NCBI GenBank assembly: GCA_964482725.1
Contig: CAYZYT010000010.1
Coordinates: forward strand, 15,794 to 79,793
Source of the DNA: an uncultured bacterium
GTDB lineage: Bacteria; Omnitrophota; Omnitrophia; Omnitrophales; Aquincolibacteriaceae
DNA: 64,000 bases
Direction: 5' to 3'
Each line of letters starts with the position of its first letter. The first letter of the stretch is position 1. The position numbers and the translations under genes were made by a program. Below the pieces are notes generated by a model. That model had not been told where the DNA came from. It did no database searches and worked only from the letters and a program-made list of their open reading frames with translations. Below are positions 57,488 through 64,000 of the stretch, piece after piece.

Positions 57488-59211
57488 TGTTCACGCGATT
57501 TCATTTCTTTCAGGCGTTCGTTTTTATTCTCCTGGCCCTTCTGGGATTGGGACTCTTCCAAACTCAGGTTGTGCGGGGGGCTTATTTCTATGAGCTGAGT
57601 AAACGTAACCGGGTTCGTCTTATTCCTCTCGAGGCTCCGCGCGGCCGCGTATTCGATCAGAAAGAGAGGCTTCTTGCCGCAAATCGTCCCTCCTACAATG
57701 TCATCGCGATTCCGGAAGATATTACGCCTGAAGTCTATCCAAGGCTTGCGCGGGTGTTAGGGATCTCTGAAAAAGAAGTTCGCCGGCGCATGAGCGCGGG
57801 GCGTGAGTATCCGTTTGCGCCGGCCGTGATCCTGGAAGACGTTCCTCAGGAACTGGCTTTTCTTATTGAAGAGCGGCGACCGGAACTTCCGGGTGTGAGC
57901 GTTCGCGTCGAAGGCATCCGTTATTATCCTTATGGTGAAACCGCATCGCATGTGATCGGCTATATCGGGACGATCAACCGTCGCGAATGTGAAGGGATGG
58001 ACCGCGATCGGTTCGGAGTGACCTCTAAGATCGGACGGGCCGGGATTGAAAAGGCGTTTGACGAGCCTCTCCGCGGGTGGCGAGGAGGTCAGCAGATCGA
58101 GGTGGACGCACGCGGTCAAATGGTCCGGATCCTTTCAGACCGCAAGCCTGAGCCGGGTTCCGATATCACGCTCACGTTGGATCTTGAGTTCCAGAAGAAG
58201 ATCATGGATCTGATCAAGGGCTTGCACGCGAGCATTGCGGTGCTCGACCTTGAAACGGACGGGCTTCTGGCGATGGCCAGCGCGCCGGCCTATGACCCGA
58301 ATATCTTTGTCTCGCCCTCCTCCAGTGAACAGCGTCTCCATGTGTTGAAGGATGAGAATTCTCCGATGCTGGACCGTGGGATCAATGCCGCTTACCCCCC
58401 GGGTTCGATCTTTAAACTCGTGACGGCGCTTGCGGGGCTCGATCTCGGGAAGATCACTCCCGAAACACGGTTCCGGTGCACGGGCGCTTTTCAATTGACG
58501 CCCAAGTCAAAGCCCGCGCGTTGCTGGTTGCATGAGGGACATGGTAACCTGAATCTTTATGAGGCCCTCGAGCGTTCTTGTAACGTCTATTTTTTTAATG
58601 TAGCCAAGCGACTGACACCGGATGAGATCGCGCATTATGCCCACGCGCTAGGCCTGGGGGAGCCCTTGAGGCTCGAGATCTCCCGCCTGGCTCCCGGATT
58701 GATGCCGGATTCCGCATGGAAGAAAGCGCGTTTCAATCAGCCTTGGTACCAGGGCGAAACTCTCAATATGGCGATCGGGCAGGGGTATATGCTTGTCACC
58801 CCGTTCGAGATCCTTCGTCTTACCTCGATCATCGCGAAGAACGGGAAGGTCGTGGAGCCTCATCTGGTCGTCCAGGATCGCACGATCATGCCTGAAGCTC
58901 CCCGGGTGGCTATTCAGGAGCAGAATCTCGATGTGATCAAAAGGGCCATGCTTCAGGTCGTGGAATCCGATTACGGGACGGGACAGCTGGCGCGCGTGGA
59001 TTTTGAGAAATTAGCGGGAAAGACCGGGACCGCGCAGGCGCCTCCCTTGAAGTCGCACAGCTGGATGACCGGATTTTTCCCCTATAAAAACCCGAAGATC
59101 GCGTTCGTTGTGTTCGTGGAGCATGGCGGATCCGGGGGCATTACAAGCGCGCGTCTCGTGAAACAGGTGCTTGAGACGTGGAGGGACCTTAATGTTTCGC
59201 CGGTTGCTTAA
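57487..59211 (+). CDS. mrdA: Penicillin-binding protein 2
   Basis: APRG..FD, R.YPYG, YPPGSIFK, SCNVYF, KTGTAQ. Confidence 0.93.
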   Translation: MFTRFHFFQAFVFILLALLGLGLFQTQVVRGAYFYELSKRNRVRLIPLEAPRGRVFDQKERLLAANRPSYNVIAIPEDITPEVYPRLARVLGISEKEVRRRMSAGREYPFAPAVILEDVPQELAFLIEERRPELPGVSVRVEGIRYYPYGETASHVIGYIGTINRRECEGMDRDRFGVTSKIGRAGIEKAFDEPLRGWRGGQQIEVDARGQMVRILSDRKPEPGSDITLTLDLEFQKKIMDLIKGLHASIAVLDLETDGLLAMASAPAYDPNIFVSPSSSEQRLHVLKDENSPMLDRGINAAYPPGSIFKLVTALAGLDLGKITPETRFRCTGAFQLTPKSKPARCWLHEGHGNLNLYEALERSCNVYFFNVAKRLTPDEIAHYAHALGLGEPLRLEISRLAPGLMPDSAWKKARFNQPWYQGETLNMAIGQGYMLVTPFEILRLTSIIAKNGKVVEPHLVVQDRTIMPEAPRVAIQEQNLDVIKRAMLQVVESDYGTGQLARVDFEKLAGKTGTAQAPPLKSHSWMTGFFPYKNPKIAFVVFVEHGGSGGITSARLVKQVLETWRDLNVSPVA

Positions 59212-60274
59212 CGGGATCCATTTTCCGCTCCTCTTTTCTGTCGTAGCTTTGGCGGCCATTGGGATTCTTTTTATCTATAGCGCGTCTTACCGCGATCCCG
59301 GGAACTATGAGGCCAAACAGGTTTTCTGGATCCTCGTGGGCTTGGCAGTGCTCTTCGGAGTGCCGTTCATCGGGTACCGTCCCTTTCTGAGCATTTCATA
59401 CCCTTTTTATGTTTTGACGCTTATTCTGCTTGTGTTGGTCGATTTCTTCGGCAACAAGGTTCTGGGCGCTCAACGGTGGCTCACATTGGGTCCGATCGCG
59501 ATCCAGCCTTCGGAATTCGCGAAGGTCGGGGCGCTTTTGGCCGGTGTTAATTTTCTTGGATCGCATCATCCCTGGGAAGGGCAGACGAAGACAGTGAGCC
59601 TTGCCCTTTTGCTTTTGGCGGTCCCCCTCTTTTTGATTTTCAAACAGCCCGATCTCGGGACAGCTCTCTTGTTCATTCCGATGTCCGTCGTCATGCTTTT
59701 TCTGTGGGGCGTGCGGAAGCGTTTTTTGATAGCCTGTTTGAGTTTGATCGCGGTGGCGACTCCTTTCGCTTATGGCCTGCTCAAAGCGTATCAAAAAAAA
59801 CGTTTGATGGTATTTCTCAACCCGAATCTGGATCCCCTGGGTTCCGGCTACACGGCTCTCCAGTCCAAGATCGCGGTGGGGTCGGGAGGGTTCTGGGGGA
59901 AAGGCTACTTGGGGGGAACACAGACGCAGCTCCATTTCGTTCCCGAGCATCACACGGATTTTATCTTTTGCGTGATCGCGGAGGAATTAGGATTTCTGGG
60001 AAGCCTGCTGGTGCTCTGCCTCTACGCGTTCCTTTTCCATTCGATCTTTTTGGTCATGCAGCATACGACGGATGTGAAAGCGAAGATGCTTTGCGGAGGA
60101 GTGCTCGCGCTTCTTTTTTCCCATGTGATAATCAATGTCGGGATGACCATCGGATTGATGCCGATCGCCGGAGTGCCGCTTCCTCTTGTCAGTTACGGAG
60201 GGTCTTCCTTTATCATGACCTGCTTGTGTTTGGGGCTTGTCTTAAGCGTCTACAAAGAACGGTCCATCTTTTGA
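59192..60274 (+). CDS. rodA: SEDS glycosyltransferase RodA
   Basis: GAQRW, QPSEF.K, QPDLGT, PEHHTDFIF, G.PLP..SYGGSS. Confidence 0.95.
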   Translation: MFRRLLNGIHFPLLFSVVALAAIGILFIYSASYRDPGNYEAKQVFWILVGLAVLFGVPFIGYRPFLSISYPFYVLTLILLVLVDFFGNKVLGAQRWLTLGPIAIQPSEFAKVGALLAGVNFLGSHHPWEGQTKTVSLALLLLAVPLFLIFKQPDLGTALLFIPMSVVMLFLWGVRKRFLIACLSLIAVATPFAYGLLKAYQKKRLMVFLNPNLDPLGSGYTALQSKIAVGSGGFWGKGYLGGTQTQLHFVPEHHTDFIFCVIAEELGFLGSLLVLCLYAFLFHSIFLVMQHTTDVKAKMLCGGVLALLFSHVIINVGMTIGLMPIAGVPLPLVSYGGSSFIMTCLCLGLVLSVYKERSIF

Positions 60275-60419
60275 TCGGATGGTGTCCGGTATAATTTTAA
60301 AAGAAAAGCTTTGCGGTTACTCTTGATTATGACATATGATGCGCACTTAATAAAAGCTGAGGGAGCGGGTTCGGGAGTCCGGACTTGGGAACTCGGTTCA
60401 AAAAAAAGGAGATAGTATA

Positions 60420-60698
60420 ATGGCGAAGGCGAAAGCAAAATCAAAAGGAAAAGCGAATTCAGCGTTTATGAAGCCGATGAAGATCAGTGAAGCTCTCGCG
60501 GCAGTGGTTGGCAAGGGTCCGCATGCGCGCAGCGAAGTCGTCAAGAAGCTTTGGGCTTATATCAAGAAGAACAAGCTCCAAGATACCAAGAACAGGCGCA
60601 ACATCAACGCGGATGCCTCTCTCAAGGTTGTGTTCGGCGGCAAGAAGGTCGTCAATATGTTCGAGATGACCAAGCTCGTCAGCAAGCACCTTTCTTAA
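60420..60698 (+). CDS. Stand-alone SWIB/MDM2 domain protein, copy 2 (basic N-terminal extension)
   Basis: Close paralog of 51944..52198 with an extra AKAKSKGK after the start. Confidence 0.92.
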   Translation: MAKAKAKSKGKANSAFMKPMKISEALAAVVGKGPHARSEVVKKLWAYIKKNKLQDTKNRRNINADASLKVVFGGKKVVNMFEMTKLVSKHLS

Positions 60699-61030
60699 GG
60701 TTCTGCCGTTTTCATGCTCTATCCGCCGCCGAAAGGCGGCGGATAGGATCATGAAAAGTCGTGGATCCGTGGAATACCGCTCAGGGTTCCTTACGCGCAG
60801 CCGCCAGGCTTTTCGTCAAATGATCAGCCTGAAGTTTCAACGAATATTCTCTTCAATTTCCCCAGCCTCTTCATTTTTTTGAGAAAATGTCCTGGGCTTC
60901 AAATACAACTGCCCTAGATCAAATGAGGGGTGTTAAGTGAAAAGCCAAGGATCATGGGGAGCTGATCGCCGTTTTTCCGGCGGCGAGGTTTAAAGCCCCT
61001 GTCCACAAAAGGTGTAAAGCGTCATGTTGA

Positions 61031-61059
61031 TTGTGTCCTGGGAAATGGAAGGGTATGAT
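61031..61059 (+). promoter_or_regulatory. Probable promoter of the PAS sensor gene
   Basis: TTGTGT-17 bp-TATGAT. Confidence 0.5.
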
Positions 61060-61099
61060 ATAGACCACCTGAGACGTGCCTCAATCATTCGAGGGATCG

Positions 61100-63445
61100 A
61101 TGCGTGAATTTTTTGTAGGCCAGATGGATTTTATTTTCCTTGTCTACGGGCTGTCACTTGTCCTGCTGGCCGTGGCGGCGTATTTTATCTCCCGCGTGAG
61201 GCCTTCCCAGGGCTTTTGGAAATGGATCGCTCTCTTCGGCCTTGTGCTCGGCCTCACGGAATGGGCCGAGTTGTTCTCCCTGAACCTGGAAGTGGAAGTC
61301 CAGGACTTCCTCAGGATAGTCCCGATTGTGCTGCGCGGCGCCGCTTTCTTGTGTTTTGTTGAAATCGTTCGCAGGGACGCCGCAAATCGCCGGAACAAGG
61401 TGTCCGGGGTGTGGATCTACGCGCCTCTTTTAGTTTTTATCCTTGCCGTTGGCTGGCTACTGGGCGGTCTTACCGGGATCAGTATTCTCTCTCGCTATGT
61501 TTTCGTTTTCATCGGCGGTCTTCTGGCCGCCCGGGTTATTGCAGGATCCGCGGCAGGCCCGGATAAAAAAACAAGAGACCGGAAACTTTTCGTTTTTGCC
61601 TGGATGCTGGGTATTTACGCGGCTCTACAGAGCATTGTTCCCGCAGGGACATTCCTGCCAGCCTCCGTGGTTAACCAGGATTCGTTCTTTTCTCTCCTGG
61701 GATTTCCGGTCCAATTGCTGCGTACACTTCTTGTCATAATCCTGGCCGTGCTGACCTGGGAGGAATACTTCAAGGACCGGTGGACCCAAAATCTCCTGAG
61801 AGTGAAGGCTAAGATCCCCCGAGGTGCGAAATTATGGTTTCCGGCAGGTCTCGCGATCATTCTTTTGACCGGAGGGTTCACGACGGGTGTTATCGGCCTG
61901 ACTAAGGACAGAGAAGAGCGGGAGGACCTGATGAATCAGATCAGGGTCACGGTCGCCATGATCGATCCTTCTCGCATCCAAGCTCTTTCCGGCACTCCGG
62001 CGGATCTCCGAAATGATGACTACAAACGCCTCCAGGCGCAATTTTTGAACATCCTAGAAGACCGGTCCGAGATGCTCTATATCTATCTCTTCGGGCAAAA
62101 GGACGGCCAACATATCTTTCTGCTGGATTCAGAGTGGCCCGGGAGAACGTCGTCTTCCGAACCTATGGCAACGCCGGGGGATGTGTACGAGGAAGATCAA
62201 GAGCTTCTGGAGCGGATGTTTTCCTCCGGAGGCGAAGTCACGGTCGGCCCTGAAAGGGATAAGTGGGGCACGTTCATATCCGGCCTGGCCGCTGTCCGGG
62301 ATCCCGCGGATGGCCGCGTGATCGCGGTCCTTGGGATCGATTATGACGCCAGGGACTGGGCGAGAGGAATTGACCTTCAGCGAATGGGGCCTATTTGGGT
62401 CACGCTTCTATTTTGCCTGCTCTTTAGCGCTTTTTTTATCCTACTCAATCGTGAGCAGGAGGTCCGGCAGGATGCGCAGGCGGGAGAAAGTCTCCTGAAG
62501 GAGCTTCTGTTTCAGCTGGACTACGAGCGCAAAAACCTTGAGTTGATCTTTGACTCAACCCAAGCAGGCCTTTTGCTTGTGGACAGCAGACTTAAAGTGA
62601 GGCGTGTGAATCAGGTGGTCCTGAACATGATGGGTGGACAGGGTCCCTTTGATGTGGTGGGTCATCAACCCGGCGATGTTCTTAGCTGTGTTCAGGCCCA
62701 AGAAGGCGGCGGGTGCGGTGGCACTCCGGAGTGCAAGGTGTGTCCGGTTCGCGCCACGGCGAACAGGATCGTCCAGACCGGCGAGAGCGTCCGGGACGAG
62801 GAGGTTTCCCTCAAGATCCGTCAGGCGAGCGGCGAACACAAACTTGTTTGGCTGGAGGTCAATGCCAGCCCTCTCGAGATCGAAGGCGAGCGGCATGTTC
62901 TTTTTTCGCTCGCGGATATCACCGATCGAAAAAAGGCGGAAAAGTTGCTGATCGAGAGCGAAAACAAGTATCGCGATATTATTGATTTGACGGAGACCGG
63001 ATATTTAATCGTTGATTCGCAAGGCCGGGTCCAGGATGCGAACCAGGAATATGTCCGTCTGAGCGGCCATATCAGTCTTCGTGAGATCCTCGGGAAAATT
63101 GTTTTTGACTGGACTGAGGTGCAGGCGAAACCGCGCAGCGTTGAAGCTTTAGCTCAATGCCTGAAAATGGGTTTGATCCGGGATTTTTACACTGAATATG
63201 TGGATGGGAATGGCAAGATGACGCCCGTTGAGATCAACGCGTCCGTGGAGGGCACGGGTGACGCCTTACGAATTATAGCTCTCTGCCGTGATATCTCCGA
63301 GCGCAAGGGACGAGAAGAAAAGGAGAAAAAGCAATCGAGGCAGTTGGAGGTTTTTTACAAAGCCAGCCTCGGGCGGGAAGAGCGCATTGTCGAGCTCAAG
63401 AAGGAATTGGCGAACTTGAAGAAAGAACTCAAAAAAAACGATTAG
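61100..63445 (+). CDS. Multi-TM sensor protein with extracytoplasmic Cache-like domain and two PAS domains, no enzymatic output domain
   Basis: About 8 N-terminal TMs, GP..D.WG.F.SG...V.D......AVLG.D, PAS/PAC ends DIT.RK and DIS.RK; ends in a short coiled coil. GAGGGA SD before ATG 61100. Confidence 0.85.
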   Translation: MREFFVGQMDFIFLVYGLSLVLLAVAAYFISRVRPSQGFWKWIALFGLVLGLTEWAELFSLNLEVEVQDFLRIVPIVLRGAAFLCFVEIVRRDAANRRNKVSGVWIYAPLLVFILAVGWLLGGLTGISILSRYVFVFIGGLLAARVIAGSAAGPDKKTRDRKLFVFAWMLGIYAALQSIVPAGTFLPASVVNQDSFFSLLGFPVQLLRTLLVIILAVLTWEEYFKDRWTQNLLRVKAKIPRGAKLWFPAGLAIILLTGGFTTGVIGLTKDREEREDLMNQIRVTVAMIDPSRIQALSGTPADLRNDDYKRLQAQFLNILEDRSEMLYIYLFGQKDGQHIFLLDSEWPGRTSSSEPMATPGDVYEEDQELLERMFSSGGEVTVGPERDKWGTFISGLAAVRDPADGRVIAVLGIDYDARDWARGIDLQRMGPIWVTLLFCLLFSAFFILLNREQEVRQDAQAGESLLKELLFQLDYERKNLELIFDSTQAGLLLVDSRLKVRRVNQVVLNMMGGQGPFDVVGHQPGDVLSCVQAQEGGGCGGTPECKVCPVRATANRIVQTGESVRDEEVSLKIRQASGEHKLVWLEVNASPLEIEGERHVLFSLADITDRKKAEKLLIESENKYRDIIDLTETGYLIVDSQGRVQDANQEYVRLSGHISLREILGKIVFDWTEVQAKPRSVEALAQCLKMGLIRDFYTEYVDGNGKMTPVEINASVEGTGDALRIIALCRDISERKGREEKEKKQSRQLEVFYKASLGREERIVELKKELANLKKELKKND

Positions 63446-63569
63446 GGGTGCTGTTGAATGTGTCATGCGACGGTGGAATATTTTACGTTTCATATGTGAT
63501 GGAAAACGGGACTGACGTTATGCGTCACCAAGATCCTATGACACAAAGAGATGAGGCGTTGATAAGATT

Positions 63570-64000
63570 GTGAAGATCCGAGAAAAGATCCTGTTGTCGA
63601 TCTTAATCATGATGATCCTGGGGACCGGTGTCCTGGTTGCCGAACTCTATTTCTTTTCGCTCAAGCATGTGATCCTTCAGGCGACCCAGGAGGACGACAC
63701 CTTGTCGGACTCGATCCACGAAGCGGTTTACGGTTTTATGAAGACCGGCCAGCAGCAACATCTTGACGGCTATCTGGAAAAGGTTCGCACGCTCAAAAAT
63801 ATTGACGAGATTCGAGTGATTCGGGCGCCTTTGCTGGAGGAGGAGCTTGGCATCAAACCCGCCTCGCGAGCGAAAGATGACCTGGACCGGCAAGTGCTCT
63901 GGTTCGGGCAAAGGATCCATAAGGAAGAGAGGGTCCGGCGCTCGCGCGCAATCCGCACCATTTCTCCGGTTCTTGCGGAAAAATCATGCCTTGCCTGTCA
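63570..64000 (+). CDS. Partial membrane sensor with probable c-type heme motif (runs off the window)
   Basis: Manual translation from GTG 63570: MKIREKILLSILIMMILGTG...IRVIR...RTISPVLAEKSCLAC, then an incomplete CA- codon. Not in the supplied ORF track. Confidence 0.7.
   Translation, partial: MKIREKILLSILIMMILGTGVLVAELYFFSLKHVILQATQEDDTLSDSIHEAVYGFMKTGQQQHLDGYLEKVRTLKNIDEIRVIRAPLLEEELGIKPASRAKDDLDRQVLWFGQRIHKEERVRRSRAIRTISPVLAEKSCLAC

Noticed and set aside
60930-61010. Possible c-di-GMP riboswitch upstream of the PAS sensor
   Set aside because: Small hairpins are present (TCGCCG/CGGCGG), but there is no recognisable class I or II consensus.

Overview
A 64-kb bacterial chromosomal segment (roughly 50-55% GC by eye) in which every credible gene lies on the + strand. 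Most of it is housekeeping: trxB, rplU-rpmA-obgE-proB-proA-nadD, a short mraZ-STAS-rsmH-ftsL-ftsI cluster, ligA, xerD, a purB-C-S-Q-L-F-M-D-E cluster, tsaC/LMW-phosphatase-rpiB-glyA-nrdR, aroA and mreBCD-mrdA-rodA. It also holds two tRNA genes, a 3806-aa adhesin-like gene and two SWIB/MDM2-domain paralogs. The gene content suggests a PVC-superphylum organism, possibly Omnitrophota (inference only). No CRISPR array, rRNA or transposase was seen. The most notable unexplained signals are: (1) both tRNA genes (Pro-CGG, Glu-CTC) have ~180-195-nt leaders containing a similar ~60-nt hairpin whose 5' arm copies that tRNA's own 5' end exactly 86 nt upstream; (2) a three-gene operon encoding a ParA fused to a glycogen-binding-type CBM48 domain, a Walker-A-dead FlhG-like partner with a ParB-like N-terminal peptide, and an unknown protein; (3) conserved structured elements on both sides of both SWIB genes; (4) an Obg with a degenerate G3 motif and a tRNA-Glu with an A19-U56 elbow pair. 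All structures were paired by eye, not computed.
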